Shown one piece after another: positions 23,494 to 37,448 of a DNA stretch of 64,000 bases. The stretch is from Selaginella moellendorffii. Its lineage: Eukaryota > Plantae > Lycopodiophyta. The notes beneath the pieces were generated by a model. The model saw nothing but the letters and a program-made list of their open reading frames with translations, was not told the origin of the DNA and did no database searches. Each line of letters begins with the position of its first letter. Positions within the stretch are counted from its first letter, which is position 1. The position numbers were made by a program, and so were the translations under genes. Location of the stretch: contig NW_003314330.1 in assembly GCF_000143415.4 (NCBI RefSeq), positions 1-64,000 of the forward strand. Reading direction: 5' to 3'.

Positions 23494-23702
23494 CTTCTCC
23501 CTTCTTCTCTGGATGCCCGGGGAAAGAAGAACTACAGTGAAGATATAACCCCTAGAAAAGAAATTGGATGTGTGCTTGAAGCTTACAACCTTACAAGCTT
23601 TAATTCTTTCTCTCCGAGTCGGCCACTCGCAATTTGAGGGAAGAAATTGTGAAGAGACTCAATTTTAGAAGCAATCCACAGCACACTAGAAAGCCAAGCC
23701 TT

Positions 23703-23970
23703 AAATTATATACCAAATGAAAGGTACGACTCTTTCAAACTGTGTTGCAAAGCCATAGCGTGGAGCCATTAAATGCACTGCGTTGGGGAGAATTCCGTGT
23801 TTGACCATATCAATCGTAGGCGACACGTAGGTATATTCGGTTGGGCGGTGTAAACAGTGGTCCAGGTTTCACTCGTGGCCACAGCCGTACAAGTACCTCT
23901 CTTGTCCTTTTTTACCTTTGGCCTTTCCAATCAATCGAACCCCACCAACTGGCGCTTGAGTGCGGGGACA
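23703..23970 (-). promoter_or_regulatory. Putative SAUR promoter: TATA box, ABRE/G-box overlapping a TGTCNN, and a TGTCCC element
   Basis: TATATA at 23707-23712; minus-strand ACGTGTCGCC at 23819-23828; TGTCCC at 23965-23970. These are short motifs and function is inferred. Confidence 0.4.
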
Positions 23971-24552
23971 CTTGTTGACTTCTGGCAGACAAAAGATCCC
24001 CTGGAAGGTTCTAATGCGCTTCATAAAATAAAAAAAGGCGAAAAAATCGGGTGATTTGTGATTATGTTGGTATAATGTTACGAATCACGTTATGGTTATA
24101 ATTTTATTTTGTGTGCATTATTATTCCACAATTCATGGATATGATTCCAGCCACTTGCACCTTTGCAACCAAAGTTTTCCACAATCGTTAGGTCAAGACG
24201 ACGCGGTACAAGCTGTAGCTATGGTGGCACTGGTGGAGTCTTTTGCGCGATAGGGGCAATGCTGGTGACGACTTCTCCAACCAGGTGTGTTAGAGCTACT
24301 CCAGATCATTGCCGCCCTTAGAAATCCTCCTTGTTGGTCTCGCGAGGCTTTTGGCTTGACCATGGAAAATCGTCCACTCCGTCACTTCCTGTCCGTATAC
24401 GCTGCTGACCTAGCGACAGGAGGAACTAGAGCGCTCAAAAAGTATGGAACACGCCGAAGCTCTAGCTCACTGAGCAGCGATCTCCACTCCATTCCGCGAG
24501 GATGGTTTAGCGATTTTGGGCTTGGTGAGCGAATTCTACTCTTTTGGCGAAG

Positions 24553-27500
24553 ATGGTTGAGCAGCAGGGATCTAGCTGGTGGCTGCAATTTGCTGCGCTC
24601 ACCCGAAAGTGTTGGAAGGTGCTGCTCCACAGGAAGATCTCCCTCGCGGCTTATGTGTTTGCTCCTCCCCTCGCGGTGATAGTACTCTATATCCTCTTCT
24701 CCACCGTTGCGCTCGATGACTCCGACTTGAAGAACGACGACCGGCTCCAGAGCGTTCCCGATGGCTTGACTCGCTGCGTTGTTGTGGATGCTCGAGGAAA
24801 CCGGATGGAGCTCAAGAGCTTCTCAGCACCGAACTCGTCCCAATCTCTCCAGCACTGTATCACGATTGGATTTGTTTCTGACGCTGGAAACAACGCGAAA
24901 GTCGTCATGCAACAGGTGAAAGTCTGTCCTTTCTTTCATTTTTTCTTTCCTCGATCTCGCTAAGCTAGTTTGATCTTGGTCTTAGGTGGCCAACTCGGTG
25001 GGACTTGAGTATGGTGTTGACGTGGTGGAGTTCCCCAGCAACCAGAGAATGTCCGAGTTTATGTGGAAGAATCCCGGCCATGTCGATCTCGCTGTCTCTT
25101 TTTTCCCGGACAACTTCCACGCTTATGATGTCTGGATGAACAGAAGCTACACGAGAGCCTACGAATTCGGTGCTCTCAAGAAACTGGATCCATTTCTCAA
25201 GTCACAAGGTCTATCTGGCAGGCTGCTCACACTCCAAAAATCTCTCGATACTGCTATTATTTCGACATCATCCCGAGGCCAACAGCGTTTCTCGTTGCAA
25301 GTGAGCATTGCTTTCTATGTTTCTTTTGTTTGTAACACTTTGCTATGCAGGTTGGAGCTTTCACTGACATTAGAAGCGACGAGAAAATTTCCAGAGAATC
25401 GGATGTTGGTGCCGGGCAAGAGACCGGATGTGACGAACCTACGTATCGGGTGAGAACTCAAGTCGTGATTGGGTTCATGGGAGGCACCTTGATAGCAACT
25501 GGAGTTGGGATCTCGACTATTGTGGTATGATGCAAAGCTTCTTTTTTTCCTCGAGAATACTTTTACGAGTTTGTAAATTTTTCTTTTTTCAGGTGATAAT
25601 GATCCTTGCTTCGGAGAAACAAAAGAGATTGATTGGAAAACTACGTCAGATGGGGCTGCAAGAAAGCGCACACATTGCTTCTTGGACGATCGCGTTTCTT
25701 TTGCTCTCGTTTGTGAGTTCCCTGCTTACGGTGATTATCATGAAGCTCGTTTCGGGATCACACCAGCTCTTCGCCTTCAAATACACTTCATTTGGTGTAA
25801 GTTTATGCTTGAGTTCTTGCAAACGAAACTTACCTTGTTTTCCCAGGTGCTTTTTGTAACTCTCTACGCTTTTCAAATAGCCATGATCGGGGTAGCGCTG
25901 ATTGTTGCGGCGCTCTTTACAAAGCCCGTGTGGATCATGACAGTTTCGTCCCTGATTTTCTTGGGGATACTCTTCTCGACAATGACGATGAACCTTACTA
26001 GTTTGACCATGGGCATGTGAGTTCTTGCTTTTGTGCAATGGTTGTCGTTTTTAATCCTTTCTATGTTTGGTGATAACAGGTTTGGCGTTGATGTGTCTGG
26101 GAATTGCGTGAGAATGGACAATCCTTACAGTGGATTCTGGGCTCCTCACAAAGCCACTCACTTCATGGAGTTTGTTATTTTCTGGTTTCCGTGGATAAGT
26201 TACGGACGGATAGTTCTAGAAATGTATGCAACCACGATCTACGGCAGGAAAAGTTTTTCATTCCATGGTAAGCTGTAGTCCTTTCCTCATGATTTTCTTT
26301 TAACATGACAATGTGTGATAGATCTCCAATCTACGATGCATTATTTAAAGTCCGGCAGCGAGGTGGCCACTGTATATTCAGCACCTTCTCTTCTTGCTTC
26401 TGTGTTTCTGATGCTTGGGCTTTGGATCGTCAGCATCCCACTAGCATGGTACCTTTCACAGGTTTTTATTTGTTCCTTCTTTTTTTCCATTGTTTTGTGT
26501 TTTATAAGTTGGTTATTTTGCTCTAGGCTCTTGCTGGAAGAACAAACGGAAGAAGAAGTTGGAGGTTTCCTTTTCAAAGGGGATACTGGGGATACACTGC
26601 GGCTGCTGGATTATACACTCGAGGTGACACATTTGCTGAAGAGAGGCAAAAGTCGCAGCAAGAAAACTCTTTGCGAATCCTAAAAATGTCAAAGAGCTAC
26701 AAACGTGGAACTGCTCTACGCGAAGTCTCGGTGACAATGAACAACGGAGAAGTTTTTGTTCTCCTTGGCCACAATGGTACGCACTTTAATATGGATAATT
26801 AATTCTCACTGACTTTCCATAATTCTTGTAGGTGCTGGAAAGTCGACTCTGATTAACGTTTTAACTGGCTTGACGGATGCAACTTATGGAGAAGCTTATT
26901 TCAGAGGCTGCAGTTTCTCAACAGACATGGCACAGATTCAAGCAGTGTGTGGAATTTGTCCTCAGTTTGACGCTCTTTGGGATGAGCTAAACGCGGAAGA
27001 GCACTTGTACGTGTGTGCTGCCATGCAGGTATATAATGTTTTCATTGCCAAGATGAAACTTTCACTCTTTGCTTTTCATATTTTGTACAGGGTCTTCATG
27101 GGAAGTACGCTGCCGAAGAAATCAAGCGTGTTCTTGCAGCAGTGGATCTTTCAGAGGAGGGTAAAAACATGACAACGACCTTCTCTGGAGGCATGAAGCG
27201 AAGGCTATCAGTTTGCATGGCCGTGCTGGGTGACCGTCGTAAACTTATCTTCCTGGACGAGGTAAAAGCTTAAGTTTTTTTGCGTTGAAGTAGACAGGAT
27301 TGATGATTTCCATTGCAGCCAACCACAGGCGTTGATACAATAAACAAGAAGCGAATCTGGGAGCTCATTGAGAAGGTCAAAGAAGAAAAGATAGTGGTTT
27401 TAACAACACACAACATGGAGGAGGCCGACGCTCTTGGAGATAAAATCGCAATTTTGCACCAAGGAACTCTAAAAGCCGTTGGTTCATCTCTATTCTTGAA

Positions 27501-30500
27501 GGTCAGTGTGTTTTTCTTGATCCAGGCAATGCTGGTTCCTTATTTATCTTACTACTTTCCAGAAAGAGTTTGGTTCTGGTTATCAGATCTCTTTGCTTCT
27601 AGCCTCTCCCGAAGACGCGCCGGAAGTCGAGGCTATTGTCAAACGCGTTCTTCCGGGATCAAAAATTGTCCAGTCCGCGGCTGGAAACTTGAAGGTTTCA
27701 CTTAACCACAACACAGCACTAGCCATTCCAAAACTTTTAACCGAGCTCAGAGTGAGGCTACCCGGGAGAGAGAAAAGCGAGCCTCCGACTTCGTCCAAAT
27801 ATCTCAAAGAATGGGGTATCTCCAACACAACTCTGGAAGAAGTTTTTCTCCGGCTCAGCGCTCGAAATGACCACCAAGTGACTGAAGAGAACGAGAACGA
27901 GAGTCCCGATGTTGAGAAGCTGTGCCTTATGTGTGGGGTGAAAAGAGTCGACGTTGTTACTCTCTACACGCGCTCTGGGATTTCCGTCAAGGTACCAAAT
28001 GCGGTGTGCTTAACGTGTGCTTTGGCAGAGCAAGCTCCAGTTATGATGGACTCCATCGCAGAAGATGAGAACCACGAAAGCCAACCTTTAAACGAAAGTT
28101 ACGAAGAGCTCACCGAGAGTTTTGGTCCGCCTCCAAACACTCAAGTCCGTGGTGAGAATCACGTAAACAATGGGGAAAATCAAAACGATCCAGCTCCAAC
28201 GACGGTTACGAGCAACGCTGGGTTATTCCGATCGCAGATACGCGCGGTGTTATACAAAAACTTTCAGCTCAACTTGGCACAGAAGAAGGCCTTCGCTTTC
28301 TACTTTCTTACGTTCGTGGTATACGTGCTACTCATGAAGTTTTTCGGAGGATCGATCTCCGGGACACGCCAGAGTTTCTCCGAGAACGTCTGTCCGGGAA
28401 GGAGCGATCTGGTTGACAGTGGCTACTGCAGCGCTCAAAACTTTGAAGCTGGTTTCTTCCACATTGATCTATCGTGGACTGCTCTCTCCTCAGCTCTCGC
28501 TCCAATGCTTCTCAACTCGACTTTAGATCCAAGCTCGAGGGTGGCAGTGACACCGGTGGTATGGTACTCTTCCCAAGGAGACCTCGATCTCAATTATACT
28601 TTCACTGGCAGCAACAAGTCTACGGTGGTGGCGCTCAAACAAATTCAGAATCCAGATCCTAATGCTCTGTTCGTATCCGGGCAGCAAGATCTCCAGAGAA
28701 AATCTGTCCGAGTCAGAGTTCCGTTCTGCTCATCCAACGCTCGAGCCAGTGACGGCGATCGAGTTTATATTGAAGACCTCTCCACGGCCACCGCAACTTA
28801 TGATGCTTTGTTCCCGACTTCCGGCCTGGCCTGGTCGACTTACTCGTCGGGAGGTTCTAGCGATCGTCATGTCGCAGCTACTGTGAGATACAAATCCAGG
28901 TTCCACTCGTACGACGCAACAAGGATTTGGATACGCATGAGAAACGTAACGTCTGGTTTGTGTGGCTTCTCCGGCAGCAGCAGCACTTATAAAGATCTCG
29001 CTCAGCTCTACACCGATCCACCCTCGACCTCCTCCTACATGGTCGCCTCAGTAGCTCCCTTCCTCGCGATGAACGCTATAAGCAACGGGCTAGCTTCCAC
29101 GGCTGACAGCAATGCTCCAGCGATCACGGCCAGGCTTAGAGTTTATCCGGATCTCGAGTTCGCAGGCAACCGACAGGACGATGGTGTTTACAACCCGGCG
29201 ACGCTCCTCTTCGCCATCATGGGACTGTCAACGTTCTTCCCTCTCTACGTCCGGAGGCTCGTCATGGAGCGTCAAACTGGACTCCTCCACTTGATGGTGA
29301 TCGCTGGGATGAAACCATCGGCGTACTGGCTTGGAAACTATCTCTACGACTTCATCCTCTCAGTGATCGATGGGGTGGTGTTCTTCGTAATTGGAAGACT
29401 GGTCGGAAGTAGCTTCGTCCACGCCGATCCGCTCATGTCCGCTTTGATCATCTTGGCTTGGGCTCACGCTCTCAATGGCATGTCAACTTTCACGGCCGGG
29501 TTTTTCAGCAGCGTTCGAGCCGCGTCGTTCGTTGCCATCGGGATCATCATCACTGCTGCTGGCTGCGTCTTCGTCAATCTGAAGTACAAGGATCAAAGTT
29601 CCATGCCTGCTGGAGCCGCCATCTTTCCACCCCTGGCTTTGGCTCGAGTTCTCTATCTTCTCTTTGCTGGAGTGAGGCAAGGCGAGCTTATTACGGATAT
29701 TGTGGTACTTCTCCTTGGCAGCACGCTGTTATACGTCGCTGGAGTGCTCGTCAACCAGGCTAGAGCGTCGCTCAATCCCTTCGGGTGCTTCTCTAGATTG
29801 TTCACGAGGGAAAATAAGTTTTTGGACGAGGAAGCAAAACAAGATGGGACATCCGACTCCGAAGACATTGCTATGGAGGTGGACAAAGTTCGAAACGCTC
29901 AGCCTGGAGTACTGGCGATCAAGACACAAAACTTGAGGAAGATTTATCCGGCCTCGAGCGGGAAGGGAGCCAAAGTAGCAGTGGACAATCTCACGCTCGG
30001 CTTGCAGTATGGTGAGATCTTTGGACTCCTAGGAGCAAATGGAGCAGGGAAAACTACAGCACTCTCGATGCTATCCGGCTCTCTCGCACCCTCGGCAGGA
30101 ACTATAGAGATTGGAGGAAAAGTAATTACCGGGAAGAACGAGCTCTCTCCCAACCAGCTGAGCATCTGTCCTCAATCGGATGTCGTATGGAAGGATCTCT
30201 CGGTAAGAGAAAGCTTTCTCTTTTCCTCTTCAGTTTTAGCTTTGTCTATTTTTCCAGGTGTGGTCGCACTTCATGATATACGCTTATATCAAAGGCTTGA
30301 GTTCCGCGCAAGCTCGAGCTTCCATTCAGACAATCGCTGGCGAGCTTTCACTCAATGGCGACTCGTTTCACAAGAAAGCGTCTAGCTTATCTGGAGGTCA
30401 ACTGCGTCGGCTCTCTTTCGGTGTTAGCCTCGTTGGGAGTCCCTCGATTCTACTCATGGACGAAATAACAACCGGTAAATCATCCTCTCAAAGCTTTCAC

Positions 30501-31092
30501 TAATGCTTCAGCTTTCTTTTCCAGGCCTTGATCCTGTAAGTAGAACAACGATCTGGGATGTTGTAAACAAGCAATCCAATGCTGGACGCTTGATTCTACT
30601 CACAACACATTCCATGGTAATCAAGCAAACTTTCCAGCTCTCGATGGACTCTCAAAAACTTTCTCTTATGCAGGAAGAGGCTGATACTCTTTGCACCAGG
30701 ATTGGTATCATGGCTCATGGGAAAATGAAGTGCCTTGGAGCTCCACTTCATCTCAAGAATCGTTACAGTAATGGCTACACTCTCACTGTTGTGACGCAGA
30801 AAGACGACCACGAGAGCTCCGAGACAATTGCTTCGCTGATCAAAAGAGCTGCTCCAGATGCCACTCTTGTCTACTCGTAAGTGTTGGTGCTTTTCTTTTT
30901 CTTTGGTTCTAACTTCCATCGTTCTATAGATGGCGCCGAGTTCGCAAGTTTTCCATCAAGATCTTCGATCTAAAGTATCTGTTCCAGTTGCTAGAAGACG
31001 ATGCGAACAAACTCGAGCACGGGATTCGAGAGTGGCAGATCGAGCAAACGACACTTCAAGACGTTTTTCTGAAAGTTTCCGAGCACGAGTGA
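24553..31092 (+). CDS. ABCA: Full-size ABC transporter, subfamily A (TMD-NBD-TMD-NBD), multi-exon
   Basis: N-terminal QFAALTRKCW. NBD1 has LLGHNGAGKST / FSGGMKRRL / LIFLDEPTTG / LTTHNMEEAD. NBD2 has LLGANGAGKTT / LSGGQLRRL / LLMDEITTGLDP / LTTHSMEEAD. Both halves end with W..(S/E)(N/Q)TTL(E/Q)(E/D)VFL. GT-AG introns; one 2.64-kb exon at 27563-30202. Confidence 0.95.
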
Positions 31093-31189
31093 GCTTGCAT
31101 ATCTGCTATATTATAGAAGAAGAGCCCGAGACCAGGCTTCATTGTTTACAGTCTCGTTGTTTCTCTCGCAAACGAGTAGTTCGTCCCTG

Positions 31190-31901
31190 TTAGCTATACG
31201 TTTTGGACAGCTCCGACGAGCTCGGCCGGAACAAGAACTTCGCAAAGCTGTAAAGTGTCAGCACAACGCTCTGTGTCCACCAGAGGAAGAGCAGAAAAAG
31301 AGCAATCCCCACCACTCCGATGGAGAAGCACGAGAACACCACAAACCCGAGAAGTGCCGTCCACCACGAGAAGCAGAGATGGAGGATGGAGATCGGTAGA
31401 AAGACGAGTAAGACGACGCTGGCGGCGATTAGCTTCCCGAGCTCCCAGAGCTTGCGCTCCAAAACACCAGGAACGTTAGCACCTGGAATGGATGGATGAA
31501 ACAATGGAAGTTAGATCCTAGAACCGAAAGAATCACACAAAAACAAGCGTACCTCTAAGCTGGAACAGGTTGGTCGGTGACTGCAAGAGTAGTGAGAAAA
31601 TCCTTCCAGTTCTTCCTGGCGATGACGATGGCGGCGAGATTAAAGTCGACGTTGTTGGTTGTGTCGAGAGTGATCCTCCCAGAGCGTGGAGAAGGATGTA
31701 GTTCTTTGGAAAGTGGTGGATTCCTCGCCACTTGGACAGCGCTCGGCATTCCGGGCATCGAAACCTCGGCAGCGAGGAGCTGACGACGAGGCGCTCCACA
31801 CACAACTGGCAAACGGTGTGTCCACAGCACAAGAGCCTGGGCGTGTGTGATCCATCGTTGAAGAACTCCAGGCAAACCGGGCACTCTAGAGGGCCTAGCA
31901 T
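31190..31901 (-). CDS. RING-HC E3 ubiquitin ligase with C-terminal TM helices (2 exons)
   Basis: CPVC..PRLLCCGHTVCQLC..CPECR; intron 31483-31552 joins in frame to a hydrophobic exon. Confidence 0.9.
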
Positions 31902-32225
31902 GGTTCTCCTCTCAGCATGTTGGATTTCAACTGGATTGAAGCAAAGAGAGAACGATCGCTCGATTGGAAGAGCCCTAGGCTGCTTGTTTTACCTCGATCA
32001 ATACCGGATCCTCAGCCACAATGCGGTGCCCCATTCTCGGAGGCGCATCATTTCTCTCGCGCATGGATCGGATCAGATCAAAACGCTCCCCGCCAAATTA
32101 GGGCTCATCAAGATGCTCAGCGAATATACCTCATTTTGATCTTGAACAAACGCCGACCGTCGGATGCAAATCTTGGAAAACAAATCCTGGCCGTTGAGAT
32201 TCTTTAAGGAATGCAAAACAAATGA

Positions 32226-33728
32226 TTAAGTACTGGAAAATTGGGTCCTTTGCGACTTCTCCACCATTTCTTTCACGCTCACGTCGAAAGCGTCGTCCTC
32301 CCCATCGAGAGAATCCCGACCACCATCGCCAGAGCTCCATGGCTTCCCAGTATAGAGCAGCCGCGGGATGATCTTCCGGATGTTCCTCTGGAGCTCTCCA
32401 ATCCTCTGGCTGCTAAACTTGCTCCTCAGAAACTCCTCCACCTCCAGCCCATCCCGACGGATGTCTTCCTCGGGGATGAACACCGAGTAGCTCTCGCGCT
32501 CGCGAGGGAGATGCCAAGTATACTGTGTGTAGGCCGAGTCGGCGTGGAAGAAGACGGGAATGCAGCCGCAAACCAGCGAGTCGAAGCTCGACCTGCGAGT
32601 GGAAGTGTCTCCCTGCGGCTGGAGGCAAAAGATCGAGGACAGCAGCTTCTCGGCGATCGGGAGGGGATTGTGAGCACACCTCAGCTTCGAGCAATTCACG
32701 GCCTCGCAGCTCCGGGACTTGCGACACTGCTCAAACAGGATCCCCCGGATGCTCTCGTTTTGCTGAGGCCGCGGAGCTCCGGCGAAGGACATGAAGTTGG
32801 CTCTCGGGCTTGCCTTGACTCTCTCGATCCATGCCTGTAGCTCCGACTTGGTCGCCGGGTGAAAGGAAGTTGGATACGGTATTGCCTGCTCTGTCCGATC
32901 CCAGGGACGTCGTTCCATCACCAAAGTCGTCACGTTTTCCATCTGCTTGAGCAGCCGAAGACTAGTCCCCCACGAGCTTCCAGACTTTCCGCGGTAGCTA
33001 GCAAAGTCCCAAGCTGTTCTTCCTGTTACCATGAAGTGGTCGTGGCCGAGATTTCTTGTCCAGCTCCAGCTATAGTTTGCCTCCAGAAACTCGACGAGAT
33101 CGACCCCTTGCTCGTGCCTGTTCAAGTTGTCCGCCCCGTAAAGGAACCTGAGAGCGTCCAGTCCTGCGTAGTAAGGGATGAAGAACGCATCGGCCTCACG
33201 GGGAGAATTCACAAGGCACCTGTACCTGTGCATCCTCTCGTGGAAGATCACCTCCAGCATGTAAGGATCGGTGGCGTACCACGAAGAATTTGCTCCAGCC
33301 AGCGCCTTCCCGAAGCCATGGTTGATGAAGTGGTCGCAGAACGTAAGCCAGGAGACCATCTTGTCGCATTTTTCCAGGACTTCCAAGTTGAATCTGCGAG
33401 GAAGCTCGTACATGAACACCCGCCTCCCCTCACACGAGTCCAAGTCCTGGCCATCTGGAAATTCTTGATGATCGCCCCGGTTAAAAGGATGCCGTGCTCT
33501 GTCCCTGTCTGTGACGAGAAAAGCACTGGAACTCTTGTGTCGCTCCGGAAACGTGAGAAACTTGATCGGGTGGAGTCTGTAGGAGGAAGAGAATGCCCAG
33601 TAAGTCCCAAAGCTCGCGGACATACAGAAAAAAATGCAGCAAGAAAGGAGCAACGATGCACCTCCTTCCGACGATAGCAAGAATTTGCGAGACGACGAGC
33701 TGCTAAATTTCACTCGAAGAGCCATCAT
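32226..33728 (-). CDS. Exostosin family GT47 glycosyltransferase (MUR3/XLT2-like xyloglucan galactosyltransferase clade)
   Basis: 500-aa intronless type II membrane protein; SWYATDPYMLEVIFH, FIPYYAGLD, DHFMVTGRTAWDF, IPYPTSFHP, FCLQPQGDTSTRRSSFDSLVCGCIPVFF. Confidence 0.95.
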   Translation of the reverse strand: MMALRVKFSSSSSRKFLLSSEGGASLLLSCCIFFCMSASFGTYWAFSSSYRLHPIKFLTFPERHKSSSAFLVTDRDRARHPFNRGDHQEFPDGQDLDSCEGRRVFMYELPRRFNLEVLEKCDKMVSWLTFCDHFINHGFGKALAGANSSWYATDPYMLEVIFHERMHRYRCLVNSPREADAFFIPYYAGLDALRFLYGADNLNRHEQGVDLVEFLEANYSWSWTRNLGHDHFMVTGRTAWDFASYRGKSGSSWGTSLRLLKQMENVTTLVMERRPWDRTEQAIPYPTSFHPATKSELQAWIERVKASPRANFMSFAGAPRPQQNESIRGILFEQCRKSRSCEAVNCSKLRCAHNPLPIAEKLLSSIFCLQPQGDTSTRRSSFDSLVCGCIPVFFHADSAYTQYTWHLPRERESYSVFIPEEDIRRDGLEVEEFLRSKFSSQRIGELQRNIRKIIPRLLYTGKPWSSGDGGRDSLDGEDDAFDVSVKEMVEKSQRTQFSST

Positions 33729-34438
33729 TCACCGTATTGAACCCGACTTTTCAAGAATTCTCGCTCCGTCGTTCACGCTTCTGAATTCAGTGCTTTCCTC
33801 CTTTCAGGACTGCTCGCAAGCCATTCTCCAGAGTGGTCCCAGTCTCGATCCCTATCAGAGTAAAAACACGCCAGCGAATCAGTCAAGACACGGCAAATAT
33901 GTAAGCAAAACTATTTAAAACTCGTGTCAAGACCAACCTCACTCGAACTTACATACCAGCCATGGGTACCTTCTTCCATATTTTAGTCAATCATCGCCGG
34001 TGTGTGAACCCCTTGATCACTCCAAAGACAAAGAGACATGGTTTGCTGTCAGATACTGCGCATTTGTCTTGCAGTCGTCCTCGTTCTGTTTCACCATTTA
34101 GGCCAACGTAGAACCTGTTCATTCTGTTTTATCATTCAGGCCAACATAGAACCTGTTCATATGCAAACATGAAAGTAGCACTGATTAGAATTAAGCAGCA
34201 CGGACTTACCGCCCAGCTTCATCTCGATCTTTTCTAGAAAAGCTGGTAAAGAGTTACCATTACCCCTGGAATTTTCCACAATAGGATTCTTGTCTGGCTC
34301 TCTCTTAGCCATGTTATAGCACACTGCTCGTAAAAAAGACCCTCCCGGTGTTGAAGGTGGAGACAAATCAGAATGTACAAGACTACAAAACGCACCTTCA
34401 TATTCACTTGATGAAACAAAAAATGAACAACAAAGACC

Positions 34439-36118
34439 TCAAGCTTCTGGTTGCATTTTCTCGGACTCTTCTCTGATAGATTGAAACAGAACGGACGATA
34501 AGTAGCGCTCGCCGAAGCTAGGAAGAACCACCTGCAGCAAATAAGCTCATCAGATCTTGCCATGACTAAGGTGGAACACACTATCGCACTTACACAGATC
34601 AGCTTGTTTGCATTCTCTGGTCGCTTTGCCACCTGAATGGCGGCACACACAGCAGCTCCTGACGAGATTCCCACCTGGTGCCCTTACAGATTAGAGCTTT
34701 GCAATCGCATTTTGTAAGAATTAGTACCAGCAGGCCTTCCTTCAACGCCAGCTGCTTTGCCATTTCCACAGAATCGTTACTTGAAACCTACAAAGCATCA
34801 CCAAAACTATCGTGTTTTGAAGCTTTGCATTTAAAAGTACCTGAATGACTTCGTCAAGGATTTCTACGTCTAGAATGCTTGGAATGAATCCCGCCCCAAT
34901 ACCCTGAATCTTATGCGGACCTGACAAGACCACCACTTTCTGTGAGCAATTCAACGTAAGACAATACCTGGCTTTCCGCCCGAGAGCACGTTACTCTCTG
35001 TGGGCTCAACACCGTAAATCTGTAAAAGACAACTGTAAGCTGGAAAAGCAGACCAGCCAGAACCACCAATACCTTGATGTTCGGATTTTTCTTTTTGAGG
35101 AAGCGTCCAGCACCAGTCACGGTACCGCCAGTTCCTATTCCAGCCACAAGAATGTCAACTTTGCCTCGTGTGTCTTCCCAGATTTCAGGTCCAGTGGTTT
35201 CAAAATGCACCTGAAACGAAAAGGAGTGTTAAACTCGGATAAAGAGATAACTAACGCACCTTGGGATTTGCGGGGTTTTCAAATTGCTGGAGCATGTAAG
35301 AATTTGGAGTCTTCTTCAATATCTCCTCGGCTTTTTGTACTGCTCCTTTCATGCCTTTCGCGGGATCGGTGAGGACAAGCTCGGCACCAAAGGCCTTTAG
35401 TAGAATGCGCCTCTCGAGACTCATGGATGCAGGCATTGTTAGGATCAGCTTATAGTTTTTCGCCGCGGCAATGAAGGCCAGTCCGATTCCAGTATTACCA
35501 CTCGTAGGTTCAACCAGAACACTCTGCATGGCACAGAGGGTCATGAGTAGAGCACGCGAAAAAAGCAGCAAGGCTTACCTTGCCAGGAGTTATGGCCCCC
35601 TTCTCCTCAGCATCAGAGATCATGCTATATCCGATCCTGAAAGTAGCAAAACAAAGTAAGCGATCGGTTTCTTTCATCAAAAGCCATACCGATCTTTGAC
35701 GCTGCAGCACGGCTCCATGATTTCCAGCTTCGCAGCGATGTTGGCAACACAGCCATCGACAACGCTGTTCAAATAAACCATCGGCGTCTTTCCGATAAGC
35801 TACAAAGACAAACCCCCAAGTAACAAAAAAATCCTTCTTTCCTCCTTTTTCCAGCGAAACTCTTACCTGCGTCACATCTTCCGCGATGTTGAGCCCCTCT
35901 TCTGGCTCGGCACCGGCGGCCTCAGCTTGCACCTCAGTCGAAACAGCCGCAATCGCATGTCTTGCCCTGGGCGACGCCACAATCTTCCCCCGCTGGAGCC
36001 TCAAAGCCGACGAGATGATCCGGCGCTGCATCGCCACTGCCGAATCCCTCCTCCCGCAGCCGGCATTTCCCAGGACGAGACTGATTCCTCCCGCGGCGGC
36101 AGCAGCAGCGGTCGCCAT
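34439..36118 (-). CDS. OAS-TL: Cysteine synthase / O-acetylserine(thiol)lyase, organellar, multi-exon
   Basis: Ala/Arg-rich transit peptide; [16 protein letters not shown] (PLP Lys), [35 protein letters not shown]. Confidence 0.97.
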
Positions 36119-36219
36119 TTCCTCGCTACTAGACGATAAACCCTAAACCTGATCGCAATGGGAGAAAGATGCCGCATATTCTCTAAAGATTCGAACTCCT
36201 TTCACACATGGACAATTTT

Positions 36220-36511
36220 TTAGGGCTCCTTGAGGCGCTTGAGCATCCGCGACGCGAATTTCCGGACGCGCTTGTTTAGATTGAAGCCCACGATCACGCC
36301 AATCCCGAAGCTGACCACCGCGATCTTGACGCACGCCGATGCCGACACAAGGAATCTACTGCTCGCCCTGTGTCAAGCGATCATCTCATCATCGTTCACA
36401 AGAATCACGCGCAAGTTTGCTCTTTCTTTACCTCGCGGCTTCGTGGAGATGGTGGTGCCCGGCGTGATGCTCCACGAGTACCATTGTGGGAGGATGCGTC
36501 GTTTCGCCCAT
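36220..36511 (-). CDS. Small (75-aa) single-TM protein, 2 exons, not in the ORF track
   Basis: Intron 36368-36431 (GT..AG) gives MGETTHPPTMVLVEHHAGHHHLHEAAR-ASSRFLVSASACVKIAVVSFGIGVIVGFNLNKRVRKFASRMLKRLKEP*. The C-terminus resembles a conserved small plant protein family (recalled, not searched). Confidence 0.75.
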
Positions 36512-36650
36512 CGCCGCCGCGCACCCTAGAGCTTGCTCACACAGAGGGTTTTAACAAGGGTTTTAGAACAACACAACAGGCTTATAGAATGCTTCGATTG
36601 ATTGAATTTTCCCTTCGACAGAGAAGTTTCCTTCTACATTGGTAGTCTCT

Positions 36651-37299
<649 letters not shown>

Positions 37300-37448
37300 C
37301 TTGGCTGCTCCTCCGGCTCTGCAAAACCCTAATGCCTCCAAGAACCCTAAAACAAGTTAGACGGTGGAGATTTCATACACGTCGACAAGCCCTAAGTGCG
37401 GGTATTGTTTATAGTCTAACATAAGCCACGACAAACACCGAGAGAAGA

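Noticed and set aside
32241-33677. Long antisense ORFs opposite the GT47 gene (likewise opposite the hydrolase at 22236-22763)
   Set aside because: Shadow ORFs expected from GC-rich codon usage.
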